A program made the translations under genes and the position numbers. The notes below the pieces were generated by a model. That model was not told the DNA's origin. It searched no databases and saw nothing but the letters and a program-made list of their open reading frames with translations. A stretch of DNA of 64,000 bases from an uncultured Acidobacteriota bacterium (GTDB taxonomy: Bacteria > Acidobacteriota > Thermoanaerobaculia > Multivoradales > SZUA-115): assembly GCA_963805975.1 (NCBI GenBank), contig CAWDVR010000001.1, forward strand, positions 640,001 to 704,000. The letters run 5' to 3'. This document shows positions 49,654 to 59,635 of this stretch, piece after piece; within the stretch, counting starts at the first letter, position 1; each line of letters begins with the position of its first letter.

Positions 49654-50175
49654 ACGCGTCGTTCGCGCCTTCGCTCCCGGCTGGCGGTCCTCGCCTGGCT
49701 CTGCTTGGCTTGCCCCGCGGCGGCGCACGACGGCCCGCCCTACGCGATCATCGTCGATCGCGCGACCGGCCCCGTGCTGCTCTCGGTGTGGGCGGACCCC
49801 GACGTCGGCACCGGCACCTATCACGTCTACCTGGAGCCGCTCGCCGACGATCGCGCGCTTCCCGACGACTGCGCGGTTCAGGTTTTCGTGCGACCGGCCG
49901 GCGACCGCCTGCCCGAGCGCGGCTACCCGGCCGAGCCGCTGCGCATCGCCGAGGATCGCCATCACCACCTCGCCGAGGTGCAGTTCGACGCCGAGGGAGA
50001 GTGGCGGACGCGGATCGTCGTGCGCTGCGGGGAACTGGAAGGAGAAGCGGAGGCCCTGGTCGAGGTCACACCGCCGGGGCAGGGCCCGGTGCTCGACTTC
50101 GTCCTCTATCTGTTTCCCTTCGCGGCGGTGGCGGTGCTCATCGTCCGTGCGCTCATCGTGCGGCGGCGACGGTAG
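49648..50175 (+). CDS. Exported protein with predicted N-terminal His and a C-terminal membrane anchor
   Basis: TTGA overlap; signal ...CPAAA then HDGPPY; WADPDVGTG; C-terminal TM helix followed by RRRR. Confidence 0.7.
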   Translation: MTTRRSRLRSRLAVLAWLCLACPAAAHDGPPYAIIVDRATGPVLLSVWADPDVGTGTYHVYLEPLADDRALPDDCAVQVFVRPAGDRLPERGYPAEPLRIAEDRHHHLAEVQFDAEGEWRTRIVVRCGELEGEAEALVEVTPPGQGPVLDFVLYLFPFAAVAVLIVRALIVRRRR

Positions 50176-50998
50176 AGGCCGCCCGCGAGCGCAGCCACAT
50201 CTCGAGGAGCAGCGCCGCGGGCCCCACGAGGAAGAGCGCATAGAACGGCGCATAGATGACCTCGGCGAGACGCAGCAGCATCTCCACGAAAGCCACCACG
50301 ATCACCACCACGACTTGGCCCCAGCGCGGGCCGACCGTGGTCTTGGGATCGGTCACCATGAAGAAGATGAAGAGCTGGTACATCGGCCCGGTGATCGGCG
50401 ACAGGGTTGCGAGCCAGGGGTTGCCGGTGATGGCGCTGCGCAGCAGAGAGAACACCACGAAGGCGACGACATAGGCCGCGCTGATGTGCAGCCGGCCCAC
50501 CCGCCAGACGATGAAGAACCCCAGCACCCAGATCACCGCCATCGGCCAGATGTTGTTGCCCCACTGGATGCTGAGCAGCGACACCGTCTCCGGCGCCAGG
50601 AACAGCACCGCAGAGACGCCGAAGTTGGACGGGTTCCACAGGTGCCGGCCCTCGAACCGCAGGACGTACTTGGAGACGATCGAGATCAGGCTGGCGAGCG
50701 CATAGGCCCAGAGGAACGGCGAGCGGATCAGGATCCCCACGCTGATGCCGGTGATATACGCGCTTGCCGGGTGGGGCCAGCGGCCATACGAGATCCGGCC
50801 CAGGAGCATCTCCGCACCGATCGCGACCAGGATCGCCACGGCGGTCCGCTCGAACGACTCGAGAATGCCGAACGTGAAGTGCGCCGTGATCAGGATGCAG
50901 GTGATTAGGATCGGCGGCAGGAACCGATTGTCGAGCGCGAACCTCGAGGGTCGCCGGGGCATGGCCTCTCCCGGCGCGACGGTGATCTCAGTGCTCAT
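50153..50998 (-). CDS. UnbU-like / RnfD-NqrB family membrane protein
   Basis: SAYITG, SKYVLR, HLWNPSNFG, LFIFFMVTDPKT; coupled to an UnbV-like gene; no other rnf/nqr genes present. Confidence 0.8.
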   Translation of the reverse strand: MSTEITVAPGEAMPRRPSRFALDNRFLPPILITCILITAHFTFGILESFERTAVAILVAIGAEMLLGRISYGRWPHPASAYITGISVGILIRSPFLWAYALASLISIVSKYVLRFEGRHLWNPSNFGVSAVLFLAPETVSLLSIQWGNNIWPMAVIWVLGFFIVWRVGRLHISAAYVVAFVVFSLLRSAITGNPWLATLSPITGPMYQLFIFFMVTDPKTTVGPRWGQVVVVIVVAFVEMLLRLAEVIYAPFYALFLVGPAALLLEMWLRSRAASTVAAAR

Positions 50999-52797
50999 TG
51001 CGGTTCCCTCAGCCGGTGGAGGCGGTCGACTCCGGGACGCTCGAGCGTCTCGCTGCGGCCCGACGGCCAGCGGACCACGGCCCGATCCACCGCCGCGGCG
51101 GATCCCAGCCCGTAGTGCAATCGCCGCTGGTTCTGGGCGCTGAAGCCGCTGCCGCCGCTGACCTCCTGCACCTGGCGCTGGCGGTTCCAATGGACTTCCA
51201 CCCGCGCCCCGATGGCGCTGCGGTTGCTGGCCGTCCCTTCGAGCTCGAAGGCGATCCAGTGTCGTCCCGGCTCGACGGAGTTCCGGTACACCAGGAGCGG
51301 CCCGCGCTGGTTGGCGACGATCACGTCCAGCGCTCCGCGGTTCGAGAGGTCCGCGAGGGCGACCGCCCGGCCGTCGAAGGTGTCGGTGACCCCCACCTCC
51401 CGGGCCACCTCGGTGAAGCGGCCGACGCCGTCGTTGAGCCAGACGCGCGAGGGTTGGTAGCCCGAGAGGCTGCGGCCGCGCATCGCCGGCCAGTTGCGGG
51501 CGTCGCCGATGATCCGGCTGTGCCCCACCGCGATCTCCGCGAAGTCATACCAATAGCTAGTGCGCTCGCCGGCCGAGACGTAGCCGTTGGCGAGATAGAT
51601 GTCGAGCGTGCCGTCGTTGTTGAGGTCGCCGAACTGCGCCCCCCAGCTCCAGCCGCCGAGATCGACGCCGAGCGTCGCCGCGAGATCCTCGTACTCGAGC
51701 CCCGCCCCCGCGGTGCCCGCCTTCGGCACCCAGAGGTCGTTGGCCTGCACCAGCACGCCGGGCTCGGAGATGTTGGTCTTGTAGATCGACAGCCGCCCGT
51801 CGTTGAAGACGTCGCCGAACGAGCTGTTCATGCCGCTCTTCGGCGTGCGGCCCACACCGGTTTCGCGCCCGATCTCGACGAAGCCTTTGCCACCCCGATT
51901 GGAGTAGAGCTCGGCCACGCCATAGTCGTTGGCCAGGAAGAGGTCCGGATAGCCGGTCCCGAAGAGGTCCGCGGCGGAGGCGGCCAGCGTCCAGCGGCGC
52001 GAGCGGATCCCCAGCGCTTCGGAGGTCTCCTCGAAGGTACCGTCGCCTCGGTTCCGGAAGAGGTACTTGCGGCCCCCGTTCTGCGCGTACTCGAAGCTCT
52101 CCGGCATGATGCGGGTCGTCTCGAGCTTCCAGAGGTCGATGTCCTCGGCCCAGTAGCCGGCGAGGAAGAGGTCGAGCCATCCGTCTCGGTCGTAGTCCCA
52201 CCACAGGGCGGAGTTCGCGTTGACCCACGGCGGCAGGCCGGCCTGCTCGGAGATGCGCACGAAGGCCTGCCCGCGGTCGTTGCGGAAGAGCTCGGGCCGG
52301 CCGTACTTGTAGAGGAAGAGGTCCTCGTAGCCGTCGTTGTCGATGTCGCCCCAGAGCGCACCCATCGAGACGCCGGTGCCGGGGCGGTTGACGTCGGCCA
52401 GCCCGAGGGCGGGTGCCAGGTCCGTGAACGACCCGTCGTGGTTGTTGCGAAACAGGCGGTTCTGGCTGCCCTCCGCACTGTTCGTGACGTAGACGTCCTG
52501 CCATCCGTCGCGGTCGAAGTCGCCGACCGCCACCGCGGCACCCAGCGCCGCGATCTGCGGCATGATGTGATCGAGCTGCGCGTCGAACGTCGGCGCCTGG
52601 TGGACGAAGTCCATGCCCAGGCGCTTGGCGGATTCCTCGAATCGAAACCCGTGCCGCAAAGTGGCCGGATCGGCGCCGTCCGGCGCGCTGCCGGCGCGGC
52701 TGGCGGATCGGTTGATCGCCACCACGGCGACCAGCGCCAGCACGAACAGGGCCGTCCACAGCACCCTCAGCAACCCTTGGCGGCCGGCGTCGGTCAT
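50995..52797 (-). CDS. UnbV-like CRTAC1/ASPIC FG-GAP protein
   Basis: IMPESFEYAQNGG, RWTLA, ANDYG, GWSWGAQFGDLNNDG, NRSAIGARV, LHYGLG, VRWPSG. Confidence 0.88.
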   Translation of the reverse strand: MTDAGRQGLLRVLWTALFVLALVAVVAINRSASRAGSAPDGADPATLRHGFRFEESAKRLGMDFVHQAPTFDAQLDHIMPQIAALGAAVAVGDFDRDGWQDVYVTNSAEGSQNRLFRNNHDGSFTDLAPALGLADVNRPGTGVSMGALWGDIDNDGYEDLFLYKYGRPELFRNDRGQAFVRISEQAGLPPWVNANSALWWDYDRDGWLDLFLAGYWAEDIDLWKLETTRIMPESFEYAQNGGRKYLFRNRGDGTFEETSEALGIRSRRWTLAASAADLFGTGYPDLFLANDYGVAELYSNRGGKGFVEIGRETGVGRTPKSGMNSSFGDVFNDGRLSIYKTNISEPGVLVQANDLWVPKAGTAGAGLEYEDLAATLGVDLGGWSWGAQFGDLNNDGTLDIYLANGYVSAGERTSYWYDFAEIAVGHSRIIGDARNWPAMRGRSLSGYQPSRVWLNDGVGRFTEVAREVGVTDTFDGRAVALADLSNRGALDVIVANQRGPLLVYRNSVEPGRHWIAFELEGTASNRSAIGARVEVHWNRQRQVQEVSGGSGFSAQNQRRLHYGLGSAAAVDRAVVRWPSGRSETLERPGVDRLHRLREPQ

Positions 52798-55700
52798 GGC
52801 GATCTCGGGGCCTCCGCCAGCGCGAGCCCGTCGAGGAAGGCCTGCGGCGTCACGAAGCGAGTGTGGAAGGTCTGCCAATCCTCGTGGTGCCGCCGGTAGA
52901 CGGGATCCTCCTCCAGCGTTGGCGTCGGCGATGACGCTTCGTAGCGAGGATGGCCATGCTGCGGCAGCGGCAGCACGGTCTTGGAGTAGCTGGTGTTGTA
53001 GTCCCCGTCCTTCACCCAGCCGTCGCCGATGAGCACGAAGTCGCGTGCCTGCCCGGGCCCCGGCGGAGGGGGAGCCGGGAACGAAAGGAGTAGCTCGTCA
53101 CCCGCGTTCATGATCACGTACCGGTCCTCGACCTCGGCGAGCAGCGGTCGCACATCGCCGAAGCGCGTATGGTAGCCGACCAGGTCGCGCCACCGAGGCA
53201 CGGTGTTGGCGATCCGCTCGTAAACGGGGATCTCGGGCAGGTCGCGCCGGCCGCTCGAGGTTTCCGAGAACCCGCGATAACGAAGGTCCGCCCGCGAGAG
53301 GTTGATCCGGCGAGTCGCGAGCGGTGCGTCGGGCACGCCGACCGCATAGGCGAGAGAATCCCAGTAGACCTCCAGGTTGGTGCGCAACCGCAGCCGCCGC
53401 GCGGCGTGGACGCCGGCGCGCGAGACGAGGCCCAGGTCGATCAGGATCGTCTTGCTCTTGCCGGCGGGGAAGCCGAGATCGGTCGCCACCTGCACCCAGC
53501 GGCCCGTGGCGTCCCGGGCTTCGAGCGAGAGGCTTCGTGGCGGCGCATGCCCGCCCTGGCCGATCGCCACGTTGATGCTGCTGTCGGTCGGGTAGACCCA
53601 GCCGTGGGCCACCAGCCACATCGGCGTGTCACCGGGAATCTCGGTGCCCAGGTCGAGTTCCACGAAGTGGTCCTCGGCCACGCCCTGATAGCGGCCGCGC
53701 TGGAAGGTGGCGAGGAAGCGGCCGTCCTGCCGCGCGACGAGATCGGTCACCTCCGCACCGCTCTCGTCCCAGGCGCGCGCGACGGGCCGCGGCGCTCGCA
53801 TCGCGTGCACCGCCAGCGCGGGTGGCGCCACGGGGACGAACCGCTCGTCGACGAAGACCTCCACGTCCTCGGGCCGATCGACCACCAGCAGCGAGATGTG
53901 ATCGACGAAGTGCGTCTCCCAGAGCTCGGCGCTGATCCGTACGTCGTAGGCACCGTCGCGTGCCACGAGCTGATCGCCCCGGACCTTCACCCAGTCCTCG
54001 GTCTGGGTCACGCCGGCGGTGTCGTGCGCATTGATCCGCAGGCCGAGCGGCGAGCGCCACAGGAAGTCGGTCACGAAGCGCATGCCGGCGCCATCGTACG
54101 CGAAGATCCACGGGCACGATCCCTTGAGGCGTTGCTCGGCCACGACCGGCCGGTCGACCTCGGGATCGAACTCCGCCTGAGGCACGCCGTTCGGCCAGAC
54201 GATGCGGGTGACGTCGACGCTGGTCCGTGCGCCGAGCCCGAAGTGCACGGAGGGACCGGTGATCGCCTGCTTCTGCACCAGCCGGCCCGCGCGGGCTTCG
54301 ACCGTCCCGCCCACGCCGAAGGAGTTGATGCGCTGGTCGCCCGCCGCGCTCTGGGCGCGCGGGCGCACGACGTGGAAGTGGTAGCCCCGGGTGCCGCGCC
54401 CGCTGGAGCGGACGGCCCGCCCGCCCGCGAGGCCGACGAGGTCGAGCTGGCCGTCGCCGTCGAGATCGACGGCGGCCCCGGTCTCCGCCGCGAGCGTGGC
54501 CCCGAGCCGCCGCAGCACCCGGTCCTCGCCGGCCAGCCAGAGGGCGCTGGCGCCCGGCCCGGAAGCCACGAGGTCGAGCGCGCCGTTGTTGTCGAGGTCC
54601 GCGAGCAGCAGCCTCGCCGCTCCGGCCGGCATCTCGGGCCAGCTCGCCCAGGTCTCCTCGGTCCATCCGGCCGAGCCCCACGATGCGCGCCGTATCGTGC
54701 CTCCCCCGAGCGTCACGAGATCCAGCAGGCCGTCGGCATCGACGTCTCCCGCGGCGAGCGCGGTCATCCCGCTTCGGTTCTCCGGGCCCGGCACCGGCTC
54801 GAAGCGGCCTCCCTGCAGGTTGGCCAGCAGGTGCAGCGAGCCGCCGCCGTCGAGGAGCGCGGCGTCCGGATCTCCGTCGTCGTCGAAATCTCCCCAGGCG
54901 AACGCGTGGAGCCCCACGACGCCGGCCAGGGGCCGGGTAGGCTGCCAGGTCCCGTCGCCGTTGTTTCTCAGCACGACCGGCGCCGACGCGCGCACGCCGA
55001 CGACGAGGTCGAGGTCGCCGTCCATCTCGATGTCCGCGGCCCAGGCGCCGATCGCATCCAGCTCCTGGGGGCCGCTCTGGTCGCCGGCGCGAGCCGTCTC
55101 GTCCGTGAACGTGCCGTCGGCGGCTTGCAGGAACAGCCGCACACCAGCGGCCCCGGCCGCGACCAGGTCCATCCGGAAGTCGTGGTTCCAATCGAGGGCC
55201 AGGAGCCCGCTGGTCGGCGGCGGCGCGCCGGCCGCGCCACCGGGAAACGGTAAAGCGGCCCCCGGCACGTCCACGCGATGCACCTGGCGCGCGTCGGCGA
55301 CGAACACCGCCGGACGCTCTTGGCCGTCGAGCGAGACCGCGAGCAGTACGCTCGCCGGCGCCGGCGGTGCCTCACCGAGGGGCTCGAGCGAGAGCACCAG
55401 GGCCTCGTCCGCAGGCGCCGGCGCGGCCGACGGCACGGGCAGGCGCAGGAAGCGCTTGAACGGCTCGGCAACCAGCTCGTCGGGCTGCGTGACGAGGCGG
55501 CGGCTCTCGCGGAAGGCCGGCACCGGCGCGAGCAGGTTGCGCAAGAACGCCATCGCCCGCGCCGCGGCGGGGAAGTCAGAGGCGTCGCTGGCCTGCCGCG
55601 CCGAGCGATACTGGGCGACCACCTCGGGAGGCCACCCGGCGACGAATCGCTCGAGCCGGTCGAGCGAGTCCTTCAGCAATCCGGCGTCGCCACGCTTGGC

Positions 55701-56303
55701 GGAGAGCCGGGCGCGCTCGACCAGGACGGCCAGGTTGTTGGGCTGGAGCTCGACCAGATCCTCGAGCAGCCGTTGCGCTTCGGCGTTGGCATCGGGCCCG
55801 CCGGCGTTTTCGACCTCCTGGCTCAGGGCTGTCCTCGCCTGCAGGTTGCCGCCATCGAGCTCGACCGCCCGGCGCAGGTGGGCGATCCCTTCGTCACGAC
55901 TTCCACGTATCGCCGCGAAGCGAGCCTGGAGAAACGCCACCTCGCTGCTCCGCGGCGCCAGCGTGGCCGCCCGCTCGATCGCCGGGGCGGCGGTGTCGAA
56001 GGCTCCCAACCGGAGGTGCACCAGGCCCAGGTTGGCCCAGGCGGCAGGTTCCCCTGGCGCGAGCTCGGTGGCCTGCGTGAGCTCCTTGGCCGCGTCATCG
56101 AGGAGCCCGACCTCGAGCTTCGCCAGGCCCCGGAAGAACCGCCGGGTCGTCTGTTCGTACGCCTCGGACCCCGCCGCCGGCAGCCCTGCGTTGCGGCCCT
56201 TCGTCTGGTAGAGGTAGAGGCCGCCCGCCGCGAGGGCTGCGAGCACCAGCGCCCACGCGAGAGGGTGAACCATACGGCTTCCGGCCGGGGACTTGGGGAT
56301 CAC
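52794..56303 (-). CDS. TPR + FG-GAP + ASPIC/UnbV multidomain protein
   Basis: N-terminal TM helix and TPRs; DxDxDG repeats; VHFGLG...WPNG; KGSCP; GWVKDGD; start may be 56273. Confidence 0.85.
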   Translation of the reverse strand: MIPKSPAGSRMVHPLAWALVLAALAAGGLYLYQTKGRNAGLPAAGSEAYEQTTRRFFRGLAKLEVGLLDDAAKELTQATELAPGEPAAWANLGLVHLRLGAFDTAAPAIERAATLAPRSSEVAFLQARFAAIRGSRDEGIAHLRRAVELDGGNLQARTALSQEVENAGGPDANAEAQRLLEDLVELQPNNLAVLVERARLSAKRGDAGLLKDSLDRLERFVAGWPPEVVAQYRSARQASDASDFPAAARAMAFLRNLLAPVPAFRESRRLVTQPDELVAEPFKRFLRLPVPSAAPAPADEALVLSLEPLGEAPPAPASVLLAVSLDGQERPAVFVADARQVHRVDVPGAALPFPGGAAGAPPPTSGLLALDWNHDFRMDLVAAGAAGVRLFLQAADGTFTDETARAGDQSGPQELDAIGAWAADIEMDGDLDLVVGVRASAPVVLRNNGDGTWQPTRPLAGVVGLHAFAWGDFDDDGDPDAALLDGGGSLHLLANLQGGRFEPVPGPENRSGMTALAAGDVDADGLLDLVTLGGGTIRRASWGSAGWTEETWASWPEMPAGAARLLLADLDNNGALDLVASGPGASALWLAGEDRVLRRLGATLAAETGAAVDLDGDGQLDLVGLAGGRAVRSSGRGTRGYHFHVVRPRAQSAAGDQRINSFGVGGTVEARAGRLVQKQAITGPSVHFGLGARTSVDVTRIVWPNGVPQAEFDPEVDRPVVAEQRLKGSCPWIFAYDGAGMRFVTDFLWRSPLGLRINAHDTAGVTQTEDWVKVRGDQLVARDGAYDVRISAELWETHFVDHISLLVVDRPEDVEVFVDERFVPVAPPALAVHAMRAPRPVARAWDESGAEVTDLVARQDGRFLATFQRGRYQGVAEDHFVELDLGTEIPGDTPMWLVAHGWVYPTDSSINVAIGQGGHAPPRSLSLEARDATGRWVQVATDLGFPAGKSKTILIDLGLVSRAGVHAARRLRLRTNLEVYWDSLAYAVGVPDAPLATRRINLSRADLRYRGFSETSSGRRDLPEIPVYERIANTVPRWRDLVGYHTRFGDVRPLLAEVEDRYVIMNAGDELLLSFPAPPPPGPGQARDFVLIGDGWVKDGDYNTSYSKTVLPLPQHGHPRYEASSPTPTLEEDPVYRRHHEDWQTFHTRFVTPQAFLDGLALAEAPRSP

Positions 56304-56379
56304 TCGCGCTCCGTGGACCTGTCGTCTGGCCCCATTGTACCGACAGGCAGATCCCTGCGAGCCGATCGCTCGTGGTCCC

Positions 56380-58854
56380 TCAGAACTTCACGCGGGCGCT
56401 CACCCCGTAGGTGCGGGGCTGGTTGGTGAGGAAGCTCACCCGTGCGAGCGTGCCGCGCTCCTGCTCGAGGGCCAGGAGAGCGCGCTCGTCCGTGACGTTG
56501 TTGATGAAGAGCGCCGCGTCCCACTTCTCGTCGAGGAAGCCCAGCCGGAGGTTCACGAGGTCGTAGGCCGGCAGCTCGGCGGCGAACTGGAAGCTGCTCG
56601 CCGTCAGCGGGCCGCCGATGGTGTTGGGCAAGGCTTGCAGGTTCACCGTGCCGAAGCCGACGGCCTGGTCGCCGATCTGGGTGAAGCGCGAGCCCACGTG
56701 CTGGTAGGTCCCGGTGACGTACCCCAGCCAGTTGCTCCCGACCCGCCACTGGCCGGTAGTCGCCGCCACCACGTGCAGCTTGGGAACGGTGGGCAGGCGG
56801 TTGCCCTTCTGGAGGCCCGACACCACGCTGACGGTGCCCGCCGTGTCGGTGGAGGTCAGAGTCGACCGCAGCTCGGAATCGCTGTAGCTCGCAGAGAGGG
56901 CGAAGTCGAGGCTCTCGTTCGGCGCCGCCGTGAGCTCGAGCTCGATCCCCTGGCTCCGTGCCTTGGGCACGTTGAACACCACGCGGGACGAGCAGGAGCC
57001 CGCCGTCACCGTCGCCTGCAGATCCGAGATGTCCATGTAGTAGACCGCGGCGTTGATCGTGCCGCGACCGCCCATCACGGTGGACTTCGAGCCCACCTCG
57101 TAGTTCCAGAGCTCCTCGTCCTTCCAGGTGCCCCGGCCGCCGAAGGTTTCCAGATCCTGCGGCGTGCACAGCGGCCGGTTCAGCGGGTCGTTGATCCCGC
57201 CCAGCCGGAAGCCCTTCGAGACCTGGGCGTTGAGGCTGATCGTGTCGTTCAGGGCGTAGCTCGCGATGAGGCGCGGAGCAAAGCCGTCCGCCGAGGTCGA
57301 GCCCGGGTTCGACACCAGGGAGATGCCGTTGTTGTCGTTGCCGAAGGCGCCGTCGAAGACCTGGGTGCGATCCTCCTCGAAGTCGTAGTAGCGGAGCCCT
57401 CCGGTGAGGTCGAGGCGCTCGGTCGCCGCCCAGGTGACCTCCCCGAACAGCGCGATCTGCCGCAGGTCGTAGGAGAGATCGGAGAAGAACAGCACGTCCC
57501 GCGGTGCCAGCAGGCCCTGGGTTGGCATGCCGGTGGCTGCCTCGAAGCCCTCGGCCACTACTTGCTGGCCATAGTCGCGGGTCATGTCTGTGTAGAAGAT
57601 GCCGCTCAGCCAGGCCAGCGTGTCGGAACCGCCGGAGAGCCGCAGCTCCTGGGTCAGGACCTGGGCCTGGGTGGCGTCGTAGAGCGGGGAGTCGAGGGTG
57701 TAGATGCTCTCGGGCAGGCCGAGGTTGCCACCGGTGAAGCTGGCGGTGAGCATCGTCGTGTCCCGCACTACCAGCACGTCGCGGTCCGTGAACGAGGTGA
57801 TCGAGGTGAGGGTCATCTCGCCGAGGTCGTAGTCGAGGGTGAGATCGGCGAGCAGGAACTCGTCCGAGAAGGGCTCCTCGAGCTGCGAGAACTGCTCGCG
57901 CTCGCCCAGGTCGACCGCCGGCCGGGTCGTGGTGAAGGGGTTGCCGAGGAGGTTGTAGACGTCCTCGCGGTTCCAGCCGTCCATGTCCACTTCCTGATAG
58001 ACCAGGCGCGGCGTGATGGTCAGCCTCTCGTTGGGCTGCGCCCTGAAGGCCAGCCGCACGCCCGTACGGTCGCCGCCGTTCACGTCCTCCTGGACGCGCA
58101 GGCTCGGCTGCACGGCATCGACGAAGCCGCCGGACCGGGTGTGGTAGCCCACCACGCGCAGGGCCGCCTTCTCGCCGACCGGCACGTTGGCCCCCACCTT
58201 CACGCTGCCGCCGATCTCGCCGCCGCTGATGGCGCTCGCGGTCATCTCGCCGAACGACTCGGAGAGGCCGAGCTCGGGCTGCCGGGTGATGTAGCGCACG
58301 GTGCCGGAGAGCGAGCCCGAGCCGAAGAGGGTGCCCTGGGGGCCGCGCAGCACCTCGACGCGCGCCATGTCGACCAGGTCGAGGTCGGGCGTAAAGAGCG
58401 AGAGCGAGATCGGGGACTCGTCCAGATAGATGCCCACCTGCTCCTTGACGCCGGGCTGGTCGCGGACGATCTGGCCGGCCGAGACGCCGCGCATGGCCAC
58501 CTGGCTCTGGCCGGGGCCGAGGTTCTGCACGGTGAACCCGGGCACGTTCGCGGCCACGCCCTCGATGCTGTCCACCCCGCGCGCTCGGAGCACCTCCTCG
58601 CTGGGCGCGGCCACGGACAGCGGCACGTCCTGGAGGGATTCCTCGCGCTTTCTGGAGGTGACGGTGATCTCCTCGCTCACCGCCTGGGGCTCTGGCTCCT
58701 GCGCGATCGCCGGCTGCTCTGTCCCCGGCGATGGCTGATCCTGGGCCGCGAGTAGGCCCGGCAAGCCGGTGAGCCAGGCTGCCATGGCCAGAACAAGGGT
58801 CCATTCTGCGCTGCCGTGCCTTCGGCACACGTGCTCCGAGATCTCACCCATCAT
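56380..58854 (-). CDS. TonB-dependent receptor
   Basis: EEITVTSRKREESLQDVP, RVEVLRGPQGTLFG, NYEVG, NNVTDE, PRTYG, C-terminal F; start uncertain. Confidence 0.93.
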   Translation of the reverse strand: MMGEISEHVCRRHGSAEWTLVLAMAAWLTGLPGLLAAQDQPSPGTEQPAIAQEPEPQAVSEEITVTSRKREESLQDVPLSVAAPSEEVLRARGVDSIEGVAANVPGFTVQNLGPGQSQVAMRGVSAGQIVRDQPGVKEQVGIYLDESPISLSLFTPDLDLVDMARVEVLRGPQGTLFGSGSLSGTVRYITRQPELGLSESFGEMTASAISGGEIGGSVKVGANVPVGEKAALRVVGYHTRSGGFVDAVQPSLRVQEDVNGGDRTGVRLAFRAQPNERLTITPRLVYQEVDMDGWNREDVYNLLGNPFTTTRPAVDLGEREQFSQLEEPFSDEFLLADLTLDYDLGEMTLTSITSFTDRDVLVVRDTTMLTASFTGGNLGLPESIYTLDSPLYDATQAQVLTQELRLSGGSDTLAWLSGIFYTDMTRDYGQQVVAEGFEAATGMPTQGLLAPRDVLFFSDLSYDLRQIALFGEVTWAATERLDLTGGLRYYDFEEDRTQVFDGAFGNDNNGISLVSNPGSTSADGFAPRLIASYALNDTISLNAQVSKGFRLGGINDPLNRPLCTPQDLETFGGRGTWKDEELWNYEVGSKSTVMGGRGTINAAVYYMDISDLQATVTAGSCSSRVVFNVPKARSQGIELELTAAPNESLDFALSASYSDSELRSTLTSTDTAGTVSVVSGLQKGNRLPTVPKLHVVAATTGQWRVGSNWLGYVTGTYQHVGSRFTQIGDQAVGFGTVNLQALPNTIGGPLTASSFQFAAELPAYDLVNLRLGFLDEKWDAALFINNVTDERALLALEQERGTLARVSFLTNQPRTYGVSARVKF

Positions 58855-59059
58855 GTGGTCGACCACCTCGGGCGGGCCTAGAGCAAGCCTCGGACCATCC
58901 ACCTGGAGGCGGCTAACTGCTGATTTATCAGGGGTTCGGCAGGCGACTCGAACCGTGGACGCGGCGTTCCCACGAGGTCGAATCGTGGGATCTATGATCT
59001 CGGCCGCTTCGACTACAATCTGGGACTCGGCACACTGCGGAAATACGGCGAGACGCTTG

Positions 59060-59635
59060 GTGGAACACCCCCTCTCGACCTTGATCCTGTCCGCCGATCG
59101 CGGCGACGGCCAAGCCTCCGAGGCGCTCTTTGCGGCGCTCTATCGAGAGCTCCGCGGGCTCGCTCGCCGCGAGCTGGCGCGCTCGGGGCCAGGCGCCGCG
59201 CTCGGCGTGACCAGCCTGCTCCACGAGGCCTATCTCGACATCGCGAAGCGCGAAGGGATGGCCTTCCCCGACCGCGCCCGGTTCCTCACCTATGCGGCCC
59301 GGGTCATGCGCGGCCTGATCATCGACGGCCTCCGCAGCCGCCAGGCCAGGAAGCGTGGCGGTGACTTCGAGATCACCTCGATCGACGGCAAGGACGTGGG
59401 CGGCGCGGGCCCGTCGGGCGAGGCCGAAGAGATCGAGCGGCTCGGCCAGGCGCTCGACGAGCTCGCCGCCGTGGAGCCGGAGATCGCGCACGTCGTCGAC
59501 CTCAAGTTCTTCTGCGGTTTCACCTTCACCGAGATCGCGAACCTCCGCGGGCTGAGCGAGCGCACGGTGCAGCGGCAGTGGGACAAGGCGCGGATCTACC
59601 TTCGCCAGGCGCTGCGCACGGGGCTCCTCGAGTGA
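59060..59635 (+). CDS. ECF sigma factor of the kinase-associated type
   Basis: LYRELRGLA, TSLLHEAY, AARVMRGLIID, ARKRGG, VVDLKFFCG, SERTVQRQWDKAR. Confidence 0.88.
   Translation: MEHPLSTLILSADRGDGQASEALFAALYRELRGLARRELARSGPGAALGVTSLLHEAYLDIAKREGMAFPDRARFLTYAARVMRGLIIDGLRSRQARKRGGDFEITSIDGKDVGGAGPSGEAEEIERLGQALDELAAVEPEIAHVVDLKFFCGFTFTEIANLRGLSERTVQRQWDKARIYLRQALRTGLLE

Noticed and set aside
50153-50998. Rnf/Nqr respiratory complex
   Set aside because: Only a lone, short RnfD-like gene; no other subunits nearby.
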